A stretch of 64,000 nucleotides of DNA from a virus. Below, in pieces: positions 24,469 through 36,700 of the stretch (position 1 is its first letter; every line of letters begins with the position of its first letter). The notes beneath the pieces were generated by a model. The model was given only the letters and a program-made list of their open reading frames with translations. It did not search any database and was not told where the DNA came from. The stretch lies in IMG/VR virus record IMGVR_UViG_3300045988_095709, positions 32,001 through 96,000 of that record; one strand, written 5' to 3'. A program made the position numbers and the translations under genes.

Positions 24469-27090
24469 ATGAAAAAATATAATACAAATTTATTTGGTTA
24501 GAAATTAAATGTTTCTTAGGCTATTGACTCTAACGCAGAAGGAAAAGGTACTATTACTAGAAACATAGGAGAAAATGCTAATGGAACATTTAATGTTTCT
24601 AATACCGGATCAGAAGATTCTAAAAAGACAATACATTCTATAGGAATTGGAACCAAAGATTCAGATAGAAGTAACGCATTAGAAATAATGCAGAATGGAG
24701 ATGTATATCTATACGGAGTCGGTGGATACGAAGGGGATAATGCTTCAGATTCTAAATCAGTACAATCTGTAATACAGGATTCACAATCTGGTGGAGATTA
24801 TACTTTACCGATAGCTTCTGCTGACACTCTTGGTGGAATTAAGGTTGGAGAAGGTCTTAATATAGACGGAGAAGGCGTTCTTAGTTCTACTAGTAGTGGA
24901 AGTGGTAGCGGTGTAGGTAAGGTTGATCCTAAATCAGATGGTACTGGAGAAATCTTTAACGATTATACAAACAACTCCGCTTCTGGAAAGTATTCTCATT
25001 CTGAGGGATATGGAAATGTTGCAGAAGGAAATTATTCTCATGTTGAAGGAGTTGGTGCTGTCAAACTTACAATAAATCCGGAAAGCATAATGACAATGTG
25101 TGTTGTGATGCAAACTCCGTAGATCAGCGAAGATAAGAAAACTGCTACAGGACAAATGATGAGATTCGACGGAAAACCTATAAACATAGAATCCGGAACT
25201 AAAATATATACTGTAGAAATAGCTGAAGGCTTTTCTTTTTTGCAAACATTGACTGTAGTAGAATGCAATAATACTGATACTCTTGTAGTAGATACTCCTT
25301 TTGACGATTCCGTTATAAATTCGAATTCAGGAGAAGGAATAGCTTTTATTACACAAGAAGTATATGATTTGTTGAATCCGGAAGATATAATTTTACCATT
25401 AAGATCGAAAGGAGAATGTTCTCATTCTGAAGGATATGGAAACGTAGCTTTCGGAAACTATTCACATGCAGAAGGACATGGTTATTCTTGTTCAGACATT
25501 GTACAAATAACACAAATAAGTGAAGACGGTAAGAAGATTTATGGTGACTTTTCTAAATTAGGAGATTCGTCCATAACAGATAGTTCTTTAGTTAGAGATG
25601 TATCTTCTCCTGCGATAATAAAAGCAAATAATGGAAACCATATAAGAACTGTAAAGATACCAGGAGACGTTGGTGGTTACTAGGGATATATGGAATTAAA
25701 CGAATCTATAGGAACGATTGAAGAAGTAGGTTAGGAAATAGTCGTAATTATAGGTTTAAATTATTCTAAGGGATTAGGTTCTCATACCGAAGGTCGTATT
25801 ACAGAGGCTTCTGGAGATTATTCTCATGCAGAAGGAATTTTTTCAACAGCTTCAGGAAAATCTTCTCATGCAGAAGGATCATTTAATGTTTCTTCAGGAG
25901 CGGATTCGCATTCTGAGGGAAAAGAAACAAAAGCTATTGGAATTGCTTCTCATGCAGAAGGATCAAATTGTGTATCAGAAGGATTATATTCTCATGCCGA
26001 AGGTGAAATGGCAAACGCAAAAGGATCTAAATCTCACGCAGAAGGTACTAATACACAAGCAATAGGTGAATCTTCTCATGCTGAAGGAAACAGTACTATA
26101 GCGAACGGAAACGCTTCTCATGCTGAAGGATATCATACAAATACAAATAACGAATACGAGCATGCTTGTGGAAAATATAATTATTCCGATTCGTCTTCAG
26201 ATTATGATTCCTATAAGACTATATATTCTGTAGGAATAGGAACATCTGATAACGATAGAAAGAATGCGTTTGAAATTTCAAAAACAGGAAATGTATACGT
26301 AAAAGGTATTGGTGGATATATCGGAAAAGAAAAAGAAGGAAAATAGACTCTATAGGATACAATAACAGATATAAAAAATAACGGATATTCTGTTACAAGC
26401 TTAAATGTAACAAACGAAAAAGAATATAATGTTTTATTATTAGAACCTTCTTCTGATAAAATAAACGGTACATCTTCGTTTAAATGTGTAGATCTATGTT
26501 TCAATCCAAATACGATAAATGATTGGAGGCACGGATTATTTCTGAAAGAAAGATCTACTGGTTATTATTCTAAAATAGGAAAAGATTCTGTAGAGATATA
26601 CGGAAAAATAGAAGACCAACCACACGTAATAAGTATTCGTAGAAGTAATACTGACATAGAACATAGTTCTAGCGAGTTAGGAAACACTGACGTTTTAATA
26701 CAAAATGAAGGTTTAAAAATAGGTAAATACGTAACAGGAAGCGGATATGAACCGTCTTCAGACAATAGTAATTCTATTTTAAAGAAGAGTAGATTAGATA
26801 TACAAAACCTAACGACAGGTGGTTCTTCTAACACTTCAACTTACATTAGTTCTCAATTGTATGCAGACGATAATGGAAATGTCGATAAATCCGCAAAAAT
26901 AGAAATACAGGGAGAAACATCTAATATAGATCTTCACGGAACTACTGATTCTTATATAAAAATAAATAATAAATATGTTATTACAGGTGCAGAAGATGAA
27001 AAACGTATAAAAATCTGGACCGGAACTCAAGATCAATACGATCAGATCGAAGTTAAGGACGAAAACACATTATATTTTATAACAGTATAA
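24469..27090 (+). CDS. tail fibre with YadA/Hep_Hag-type repeats, 873 aa, 7 in-frame TAG
   Basis: ORFs 24688, 25156, 26008 and 26857 are all in frame 1 with TAG-only gaps (checked). About 14 S-H-x-E-G units. LPIASADTLGGIKVG motif. Confidence 0.8.
24991..26133 (+). repeat. coding repeat array (xSH[AST]EGxxxxAxG, Hep_Hag-like), three blocks
   Basis: YSHSEGYGNVAEGNYSHVEG; CSHSEGYGNVAFGNYSHAEG; GSHTEG...YSHAEG...SSHAEG...DSHSEG...ASHAEG...YSHAEG...KSHAEG...SSHAEG...ASHAEG. Confidence 0.75.
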
Positions 27091-27093
27091 TCT

Positions 27094-27942
27094 ATGAAAA
27101 ATTTAAAAGTTAGTATAATAATGTCTGCATATAATTCTGAAAATACAATAGACACTGCAATACAATCTGTATTAGAACAAACTTATGATAATTATGAATT
27201 AATAATTGTAAACGATTGTTCTATAGATGGTACATTAGATAGAATAAAGAAATATAAATCTGATAAAATAATACTAATAAATCATGAATTTAATATGGGA
27301 TGCGGATGTTCTAGAAAAACAGGAATAGAAAATTCAACAGGAGATTATATTTGTTTTTTAGACAGTGATGATTATTATGATGACAGATATGTGGAAACAT
27401 TAATAAACTATGCAATACAATATAATGCTGACAGTATACAATCTGGTAGAATAATAATAAAATATGGAGAACTTATAGAAAAAATTCCTGAATTTTATGA
27501 TATATCTGGATCAGACAAATTGATAATAGAACCGTCTGAAAACTATAAGTTTTTAAATTCAGCCATGTTTAAAAAAGAATTATTCGACAAAGTTGAATAT
27601 TCTGAAAACAGATATAACGAAGACGGTCCGACGATTACCAAATTAAATATGATATGTAATCGTAGAATATTTATTCCGTATGCTGGATATTATTATAATA
27701 ACGATAATGCAAACAGTCTTACTAAAAATTCAGATAATATTAAAAATATAATATATCATTCTTTAGGAGTGTTTGATGTTATAGATTTTGCGAATAATAA
27801 TAATATAAAATACGATTGGAATCAACTTATAATACATACGTTGAACAATTTAAAAAATATAGAATATACACAAGACGTAATTTAGAAATATAAAAATGAA
27901 TTATTACGTTTGTATTTATATATTATAAAATTAAATATATAA
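27094..27942 (+). CDS. family-2 glycosyltransferase (263 aa to TAG 27883; 282 aa if TAG is read through to TAA 27940)
   Basis: VSIIMSAYNSENTIDTAIQSVLEQTYDNYELIIVNDCSIDGT and FLDSDDYY (DxD) are classic GT2/GT-A. No internal TAG. The TAA at 27940 lies 1 nt before the next ATG. Confidence 0.85.
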
Positions 27943-27943
27943 T

Positions 27944-28090
27944 ATGGGAATTATACTTGGACAATTACAAATTAAAGACATACGGTTGGGAACCAAATAG
28001 GTAATCAAAGTGTACAACGGAGAACAATAGATACATAGTAATACGTAGGAACAGTAGATATCAAAAGATCAGGTTGTAGATTTATAGTAA
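27944..28090 (+). CDS. possible 48-aa protein, 5 in-frame TAG
   Basis: MGIILGQLQIKDIRLGTK(Q)VIKVYNGEQ(Q)I...; tight spacing after the GT2 gene. Weak support. Confidence 0.3.
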
Positions 28091-28270
28091 AAGATAATTC
28101 TTAAATATTCAAAAAATTTAATTTTTTATTGAAAAAAGTGACATTTTTTTGAAACCACTCATGTGGGGTTTATACGTTATATATAAGTAATTACATATAT
28201 TTTTCGTGCGCACACGAGATTTTTATTTATAACTAACCTATTTTTAATTTATTTTTATTTATTTATTCTT
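28091..28270 (+). promoter_or_regulatory. longest non-coding spacer; probable terminator hairpin plus promoter for the 28271 cassette
   Basis: 180 nt, extremely AT-rich. Hairpin TTTCGTG-CGCA-CACGAGA (28202-28219) plus T5. I could not place an exact TAnnTTTG / TTTG Bacteroidota promoter. Confidence 0.3.
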
Positions 28271-29059
28271 ATGGAAGATAAAATCACAGAAAAAGTTTAT
28301 TGTTATGACCATCCTAGCGCTTATAACAACAATAACGCTTGGGAGGCTATGGCTCTTATGAATGGTGGATCAAATTGGTAGAATAACCCATTCATTTATT
28401 TAGTATGGATGATGTTTGCTAATCGTATGTGGGGAGGAGAAAGAGATTGTGCAGGAAATGCTCAGTATATGGCTCTTCAGAACCAGATTAGCGATAACCA
28501 GAATGCGAATTTGGTAATGGACGGTATTAAGGGAACTACCGATGCCGTTCGTCAGTTAGCAGCTAATCTAAATTGCGATTTCAATACTTTGAATTCTGCA
28601 ATTTGCGACGTACGCTCTGGCATACAGCAAGTGGCTGGACAAATCGGTTTCAGCTCCGAAAGAGTAATCAATGCTGTGAATATGGGCGATTGCAATGTTA
28701 TTCAGGCTATCCAGAACTGCTGCTGCCAAACACAGCAGAGTATCTTAAAGATGGGATACGAGAATCAACTTGCAAATTGCAATCAGACGAATGTTCTCTC
28801 TAATGCTATACAAGGTGTAAACGTAGGATTAGAGCGCGGTTTCTCTGCAGTTGCGTATGAGACCCAGAAACAGACGTGTGACTTGCTTAACGCCGGAAAT
28901 TCTAATACACAAAGAATAATTGATGTATTGAATAACCATTGGAATAGTGAGTTGCAGCAGAAGTATGATGATGTAAGAACAGAACTTTCTCAGTACAGAC
29001 AGAGTGCTTATCTGATCTCTCAATTGAAGCCCACTTCAACTACTACTGCGGCTGCGTAA
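28271..29059 (+). CDS. Cys/Gln/Asn-rich protein of unknown function, 262 aa, 1 in-frame TAG
   Basis: ORF 28409 extended upstream through TAG 28379 to ATG 28271. GC-richer, MCP-like codon usage. Flanked by the long spacer and a canonical terminator. Confidence 0.7.
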
Positions 29060-29087
29060 TTTAAAATTTTAAAATACGTGCAATGAA

Positions 29088-29111
29088 GGGAGTGGAAACA
29101 CTCCCTTTTTT
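29088..29111 (+). terminator. canonical rho-independent terminator
   Basis: GGGAGTG-GAAA-CACTCCC followed by TTTTTT. Confidence 0.8.
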
Positions 29112-29134
29112 GTTATTATACAATTTGAAAGATT

Positions 29135-29650
29135 ATGACATTTAAAGATTTAAAAACAAATTATCCTGTGTACTTATTTGATAAGAACATAGTGAAGTTG
29201 TATGAAGGTAAAGTAACTAATATAAACGCTCCTCATATTGATATTAAAAATGCTGGAGCAGGTAGAGGAATGGTTGTAGATGTAACAGTACAGTATAATA
29301 CAGAAAATAATGGAAATTAGACGTGTACTTATACTTTTAAAGATTCTACCGAAATAGGATACATAAACAGTCTTGTTATATCTACCGATAAAGATTTAAT
29401 ATTGAAAGAGGTTGAAGCATTATGTAATCAGTCTAAATAGATATTACAATCTGTAGAAACAAATAAAAATATAGTAAATCGTTGTCAAGATATCTTATCA
29501 GAATATAATCCCGCAATAAAAGAGAAAAAAGAATACGATGAAAGATTTTCAAATTTAGAAAATCAAGTAAAAGATATGAAAAGTATGATAGAAACATTAG
29601 TAAATAAATTAAATAATACTTCTGAAAATGAGCAACGAACAGAAAAATAA
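29135..29650 (+). CDS. hypothetical protein, 171 aa, 2 in-frame TAG
   Basis: ORF 29135 continued through TAG 29318 and 29435 to TAA 29648. Coiled-coil C-terminus. Confidence 0.6.
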
Positions 29651-30128
29651 AATAGATAAGATGTCGGCTTACATAAGCGAAGACATCAACGAAAAATAGA
29701 TACAAAAATCTATAATACAAAAATTAATAACCGAAGCAAACAAATACGATAGAGAGTTTGTAGATAGGATGTATGAATACTACGACGGAATGAAGTAGTA
29801 TAATAATTATTTAACAGAAGACGAAGCTTCTTAGATACTGAGTAATTTTGTAAATTACGATGGTACAAAAGGAGCTATGTTTAAAAATTCAATGTGGTTG
29901 TTTAACAGACTTGCTGAATAGAATTTACATTGTGAATGCGCTCCTAATTATAACAAATGGGCATTATATGTTACTATGAATAAATTCGCTTCAGATCAGG
30001 GAAATGTTATAAATAAGTGGATAGGAGAAGATAAAGATAAATTTATAATTGCTTGTTATGATTTATCTACTGCTCAACTCTCAGATGCAGACAGACCGCA
30101 TTGGGTTAGATCTTATTTTAATTTATAA
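29628..30128 (+). CDS. hypothetical protein, 166 aa, 4 in-frame TAG
   Basis: ATG overlaps the upstream gene by 23 nt. Frame checked to TAA 30126, 1 nt before the endolysin ATG. Confidence 0.55.
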
Positions 30129-30129
30129 T

Positions 30130-30564
30130 ATGATATTTTAGGCAGATGATACATTAATATAGGCAATATGTAATTTTGAAGGTTTAAGAACCACAGCTTA
30201 TAAATGTCCGGCTGGTGTTTATACTATAGGGTATGGACACACAAAAGGAGTAAAAAAAGGACAAAAAATAACTAAACAACAGTCTGTGGAATATTTATAC
30301 TAGGATTTATAGCCTATTGTGGACTACCTAAACAGTATAAATGTGTGTAGAACACAAGGTTAGTTTGATGCCCTTGCCGATTTCATATTTAATTTAGGTA
30401 CTTCTGCATTCAAAAGATCTACGTTATATAAATACATAAAAAATAGATATTCCGACGACGCTATATGTAATCAAATAATGAGGTGGGTATATGCCGGAGG
30501 AAAAAAATTAAACGGTTTAATAAAACGTAGATAGTGGGAATGCGATATGTGGAAATCAAAATAA
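30130..30564 (+). CDS. GH24 (P22 gp19 / lambda-type) endolysin, 144 aa, 6 in-frame TAG
   Basis: NFEGLRTTAYKCPAGVYTIGYGHT (catalytic Glu region) and G(TAG)FDALADFIFNLGTSAF. TAG at codons 4, 11, 58, 61, 78 and 138. Confidence 0.85.
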
Positions 30565-30568
30565 CACT

Positions 30569-31093
30569 ATGAACATATTAGCATCTATTGGAAATACATT
30601 TAATACGATAAGCAACGGTACAGAAATAGGAAAATTAGCTGTTGCTGCATCGGCTATATTAGTCGCATATATATCTCCAATAGTTGGATTGTTAATCGCC
30701 TGTTTTGCATGTTCTATCACAGACATGATTTATGGAATCAAAGTAGCAAAACGGCTAGGAAAGAAAATCACTAGTAAAAAGAACTGGAAAGGAACTCTTA
30801 CTAAAATAAAAGACGAATTTACTTTAATACTATTGGCACACCTATTAGAGTATGTAATAGGATATGGTGATAATTTCATACTATCTGGAGGTATAGCTGT
30901 GATTATATGTTTGACTGAAATACTTTCTATATTGGAAAATCTAAACACACTAAACCCAGAAGGACCGTGGAAACTGATAAGTAAATTCTTAAAGAAAAAG
31001 GGTTCTGACATAATGGATATAGATGACAATATAATTTAGCAAAATGATGACGATAATAAATTGGTTAATAAACAACAAAAGAATCGCCATTGA
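30569..31093 (+). CDS. holin (phage_holin_4_1-like); 156 aa to TAG 31037, 174 aa if read through to TGA 31091
   Basis: Predicted membrane segments; ITDMIYGIKVAKRLGKKITSKKNWKGTLTKI core typical of this holin family. Adjacent to the endolysin. No internal TAG. Confidence 0.75.
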
Positions 31094-31691
31094 TGCCATT
31101 CTTTGCGCCTGTGCTGCGTTATTTCTCGGTTATGGTATAATTATGCATAATCAAAATAAAAAGCTCTCAGAAAGCCTAGAAATGGCTAATAATAACATAG
31201 AGGCCTATTAGGGTGTTATTTCAGCATCCTAGTAGGCCAATAATGTTTTAAAGCTATAGATGGCTGATTTGAAACAATATAATGATGAAGCTATAAATAA
31301 ATTAGATAGCGTAAGAGAAGAATATAAAATAAATGCTAAAGATTTAAACACCGCTGCAACTTAGACTCAAACTATAGACGTTAATAAGAGTAAGGGGGTA
31401 GGGGGTTAGATTGTTGTAGTAAATGATACTATATATAAAGATAGTATATAGTACAACGATCTTACTAAAGTATTTTATACTATAGGAAAAGATAGTGTAA
31501 ATATAAGATTAGATTTTAAAAATACTTAGTATTTATATATTTATAAAAAGAAAGAATATAAAAATAAGAAAAATTTTTTCCAACGCTTATTTACTTTAGA
31601 TTTCAAAAAAGTAACTAGATATAAATATAGAATAATAAACACAAACAATTTGATTAAAGAAGATAGCGTTAGAGTAATAGAACAGAGTTGA
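31044..31691 (+). CDS. spanin-like / lysis-associated membrane protein, 215 aa, about 8 in-frame TAG
   Basis: N-terminal TM segment AIDAILCACAALFLGYGIIM followed by a coiled-coil. Position after the holin. TGA at 31689. Confidence 0.55.
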
Positions 31692-31692
31692 T

Positions 31693-32367
31693 ATGAATAT
31701 GTTTTCACTTAAATCAATGATAGACGATATACTATTATTGGTACGCAATAATAATATTAGCGAAAGTGAAGACCTGTCGAGAGCATAGATTGCAACATGG
31801 GTACTTGCGTATAAATCGTACTTGATAAACAAAAAGAACGAAAAAAACGAAGACGACGGAGAAGATAAATCCGACGATAGTTTTTAGACTACAATAGGAC
31901 CTGTAGAACTAATCGAAGAAGAATCTCTCGATAATACGTGTCTTCACAGAAAAAGAACTAAAGAAAAAATACCAGAGTTATTAGGAGACAGTGACGCAAA
32001 CATAATAAGTGTGTGTGATCAAGAAGGATGTGTCATACAAAAGATGAATGATAAACGTAGACATTATCATTATTTCAGAAAATACACATTCGGAGAAATG
32101 ACATACTGGTATGAAAACGGGTACGTTTATGTACAAGGACTTACTGATTTAAACAGACTCAAATATATTTGGATTACAGGTAACTTTGTAGATACTACAG
32201 ACGAAGATGAAGATTCTATACAAATACCTGGATGGATGGTTCCAGATATTAAAAAATTAATATTTAACAATGAATTAGCGTTTATGTTAAGCCTACCTAG
32301 CGACGACGATAATAATTCTACATTATCGGGAATAAAACCAAAGGGAGATTAGCAGAATGAAAAATAA
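31693..32367 (+). CDS. hypothetical structural protein, 224 aa, 3 in-frame TAG
   Basis: ATG lies 1 nt after the upstream TGA. Joins ORF 32011 in the same frame. TAA at 32365. Confidence 0.65.
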
Positions 32368-32809
32368 TTCGTTTACTTATAGAGATTCTTATAAAGAATA
32401 TACAAAAACCAACGGTAAAAATATAGATTATTCTACTTATAAAAACATTTTATACGAATTTAGTAATGTTATACTTAATAATTTGTTATATAAATCAGAA
32501 TGTATAACGATGCCTTACGGATTTGGATATTTGTGTATAGTGAAATATAAACCTAAAACTTTAGATAAAAACAGATTGTCTATAGATTATAAATCTTCCA
32601 AAGAGTTTGGAAAGATAATATATCATCTTAATGAACATTCCGATGGATATAAATATAGATTATTCTGGTCTAAAATACCAAAAACATTTCCGGAAAGATA
32701 TAAATATCAATTACAACTTGTAAGGAAAAATAAAAGACTGTTGGCAAAACTTATATTTAACAATCAAGATTATATAAACATAGATGATATACAAATATAC
32801 AAAATGTGA
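32357..32809 (+). CDS. hypothetical protein, 150 aa, no TAG
   Basis: Intact track ORF overlapping the upstream gene by 11 nt. Basic, Tyr/Lys-rich. Confidence 0.65.
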   Translation: MKNNSFTYRDSYKEYTKTNGKNIDYSTYKNILYEFSNVILNNLLYKSECITMPYGFGYLCIVKYKPKTLDKNRLSIDYKSSKEFGKIIYHLNEHSDGYKYRLFWSKIPKTFPERYKYQLQLVRKNKRLLAKLIFNNQDYINIDDIQIYKM

Positions 32810-32828
32810 ATCTGTCATCGCTAAGATA

Positions 32829-33716
32829 ATGGCTGATTCAGATATGCAAGAAAAAGATATAAGAATATCTGATATCAGGGAATGGATATTTGAAGCTGTT
32901 GAGAAAATAGGCGCTCCTATGCAATATATATAGAAAGAATCCGGTTCAGACGGATTTCCGATATTAAAAGTATAGGATCATCAAGTTCCTATCCCAGAAG
33001 ATCTACAGCATTTAAATGCTGTTGCATATTCTACAAATGAAGACGGACCGTGGGTTCCTGCTAGAACCGAAACAGGACAATTTAAAAGTAATCCTGTAAA
33101 ATGCAGCGGACCAAAATTACCAATAGGTCCAATGTATGATTTAGATAATTTAGCAATAGATAGACCTGAAAATTGTATAGAATAGGAAGATCCGAAATAG
33201 CCAATGAGATATAAACTTCCTACTACTCAAAGTTAGTTCTACGAGGTCAATCTTACTAAATACGCAGATAAAAATTTAGATGTTTTGAGAAAAGATGTTA
33301 CGTTTTTTACAAAACCCGGATGGATAGTATTGAATAGAAAAGACGGATATGTAAAATTATCTTATAAAGCAATAGCAGTAGATGAACGAGGATATCCATT
33401 AATACCCGATTTAGCATCTTATCAGGAAGCAATATATTGGTACGTTATGATGAAATTATCATTTCCTAAATACTTATAGGGAAAATTAGGAGGAAGTATA
33501 TCTGCTTCACAGAAAGTATATTTTTATCTGCACCAACAATGGAATTTCTATAGGAATCAAGCATACGCAGAAGCTATGATGCCTACAGAAAGTGATATGA
33601 GAAGTATTAAAAACGAATGGAATAAATTAATTCCAGAATGGGATTCTGATGACACGTTCTTTAAAGGTGTTGGAAGAAGACAATTAAATTATAACGATTA
33701 CTATTATGGGTACTGA
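32829..33716 (+). CDS. tail protein, 295 aa (ring-protein-like by synteny), 6 in-frame TAG
   Basis: Frame 0 checked. Joins ORF 33285. An alternative ATG exists at 32784. TGA at 33714 overlaps the next gene's start region. Confidence 0.6.
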
Positions 33717-36700
33717 AAATGCAATTAAAACACAAATAAATTCATTCATAAAAGGAATGGATACAGACACGTCATACGAGTTGGTAGATAGTAATAGTTA
33801 TACATTTGCAGAAAACATAAGAGTTTTTTCTTTAAACGAAAGCGGAAAATCCTCGAATACCAATTCGTACGGACAAGTCAAATCTATGGAAGGTGTTGGT
33901 AATTCTGTAGATTGTAATTTGGATTCTTTCACTCATAATGATGAAAAAGTATTCAACAATCCAAAAGATATAAAAATAATATCAACAAATAATATAAGAA
34001 ATTATGGTATAATAATTATATCGTTTACTGAAAACGAAAATAAATGTTTTGCTGTAATAAGATTTGAAAATCCTGAAAATAACGGAGGAGATTATAATTT
34101 TACACTTGTGTGTAAAATAAATGAACCGTTGGGAGATCCTACAAAAGAATTAAATAAAGTAAGTACTGTCACTAGATACGAAAGTGATAAATATATAAAA
34201 TTATATATAGCTGACGGTTATCACAACATAATCGTCATAAATATAATGAATTCGTACGGAATACTTGATGATTTTTCATAGATAGAATCTATTAACAAGT
34301 CTATATTTGAATCTCCGATATTAAATGGATTTACAAGTGGAAATTTAAAAACAAGTCTGGTTCAATATTCTTATAGAATATACAATAAAAATGGAATATC
34401 TACTGATGTATCTGTTCCTACAAAATTAATACCGATAGTATTAAGACCAAATAACAAAGACGGAAAAAATATACAAGGTGACGATAAAGATAAAGATACA
34501 GGAACTGGTGTAAAATTAAAAATACATGTTCCGTAGGATGTTCGATTTATGAACAGAATAATTGTATATAGAATAAGTTATATAGAAAACGGACAGACGC
34601 CTTCTGTAGAAGTAATATATAACAATATTATAGATACAGAAGATGAATATATAGATATTGCAGATTACGGATAGGAACCTCTTTCTGAATTAACATTAGA
34701 AGAATATAACAGTATAACAGGTATTCACATAATACCGAAAGTAATAGAATCTAAGAATGACTACATGTTTGCTGCAAACATAAAAGAAGAAGACTACAAT
34801 CATTCTTTCGACGATTTTGATTCTAGATCTTATAGATTCAATCTTGCTGGCAATTCTTATCTATATGATTGTAATGATACTTCTAATGCAGAATACGTAA
34901 TAAACAGTAGTAATCCTGATTGGGACAGCGTGTCAAAAGATGCTGATTGTTATAATTTGTACAATGACATGTCTTAGGAATTTGTGGATTATAGCGGAGA
35001 ACTTGACGATAAAAACTATTGTAGATTTGACACTAATGGATATTATGGAGGTAGCGGAAAATACATAAATTGGAGGTTTATAATAACCGAATTGGACGGA
35101 GATAGTTCAGAGTTCGTATCAGATAAAAATGACGGAACTGTTGGATGTTCTAGTAACATTATAAAGTTAGACAATACAAAACCTCTAGATTCTAATATCA
35201 AATGTTCTTACATAAAAGACACCGGTATAGATTATGATACTTAGAAAAATGTTGATTTTTCTAAAATGTATTCTTCTAATTGTTCAAATGGTTATAATTA
35301 TTCAAATCCGGTAGTTTCTTATGCGTTAAAATCTTTAAAGAGAGACGAATTATATAGATACGGAATTGTACTGTACGGAAAAAACGGTAAAAAGTCTGCT
35401 GTAAAATGGATATGTGATATCAGAACACCAAATCAATCTACCAACGGATTTGAAACATTCTGTTCAAATAGGATGACTAGTTAGACTAACGGTATCGATC
35501 TGAAAGTTAGACCACTTGGTGTAGAATTTACAGTGGATATAAACAAATACAATGAAGGAAAATCTGCTGACGACTAGATAGAATATTATGAAATAGTAAG
35601 ATGTAATAGAAACGATAACGATATTCATAATATAACACAAGGTGTTTTATCTAGACCTGTTCAAAGACAGTTTAATAAGAGTGCTACAAACGTAAACATA
35701 GTAGGACAACCTTATGTACCGACAGGTACTATTACTACTGCAAACTATTGGGTAGGATAGAAATGGAGAGCTAGAAACGAATCTATATCTAATGAGGATT
35801 ATGATGGATACGAAGCGGATAATTATGAAAACAGATTTTTATACCAATTCATATCTCCTGAGATATTGTATCAAAAAGATTCTACATAGGATTTATTGTA
35901 GAAATCTAATATATTTCTACATCCTGTAAATTATATATTCGGACAAAATAAAGATTTCGATTACGATAAATAGTTATATACAATATCAGTACCTACAGAT
36001 CATTTTAATGTAGGAATGAATATGTTAGAATCAAATACATACAAGTTCACATTTGCATCTACTGCATATTCTAACTTAAATAAACCATTAGGTGTATACA
36101 CAGAAGATGCAGACGGAGGATATCAAGTGTGTGTTGGAGAAAATACAGAATTACTTGGACAGATAGGATGTAAGAGTGTGTTTGATTACATAAAAACTAC
36201 AATATCACAATATTACGTAACCAATCCGTCTGAAACAACAATGAATAAAAATTTTGTTGCTACATGGTACGGAACAGGTACAGATTATTATAATAAAGAC
36301 GACAACAAACATTCATATCAAGTTTCAGATAGAAATTATAACAACGTATCCAAAGAAGTATTTTCATATTCTAAATTGTACGAACAAGGTTTGGATTTAG
36401 CGTTTAGAATATATAATGAAGAATCTTATCACAATCGAGTAATAGGCAAACCGGATGAATATGAAAAATACAAACTAAACTATCAAAACGCAGACAGATA
36501 TGAAATCGGTGATGTAAAAATGGCAGACGAAATAAAATGGGATGAATTTTTACAAATAACCGACGACGATAAGATACAATACAAATATACAGATTTCAGT
36601 ACTTCAATAGGAAGTTGTACTTTTTGTAACTTTTTCTGTGGTGGTATGTATGAAGAATAGACAATATTAGGTACTTCTGATTCTTCGAATAATATTGTAG

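Noticed and set aside
25826-26065. Alternative-frame + strand ORFs (25826-26065, 13598-13813, 18284-18481, 28573-28803, 40063-40263, 44477-44665, 49606-49809, 56989-57186).
   Set aside because: They are embedded in longer, motif-bearing frames. The 25826 ORF's periodic product merely reflects the Hep_Hag nucleotide repeat read out of frame.
24991-26133. The periodic nucleotide repeats might be a CRISPR array or a DGR template/variable repeat pair.
   Set aside because: The repeats are in-frame coding units of about 14-21 nt with no spacer architecture. No reverse transcriptase or cas gene is present in the window.
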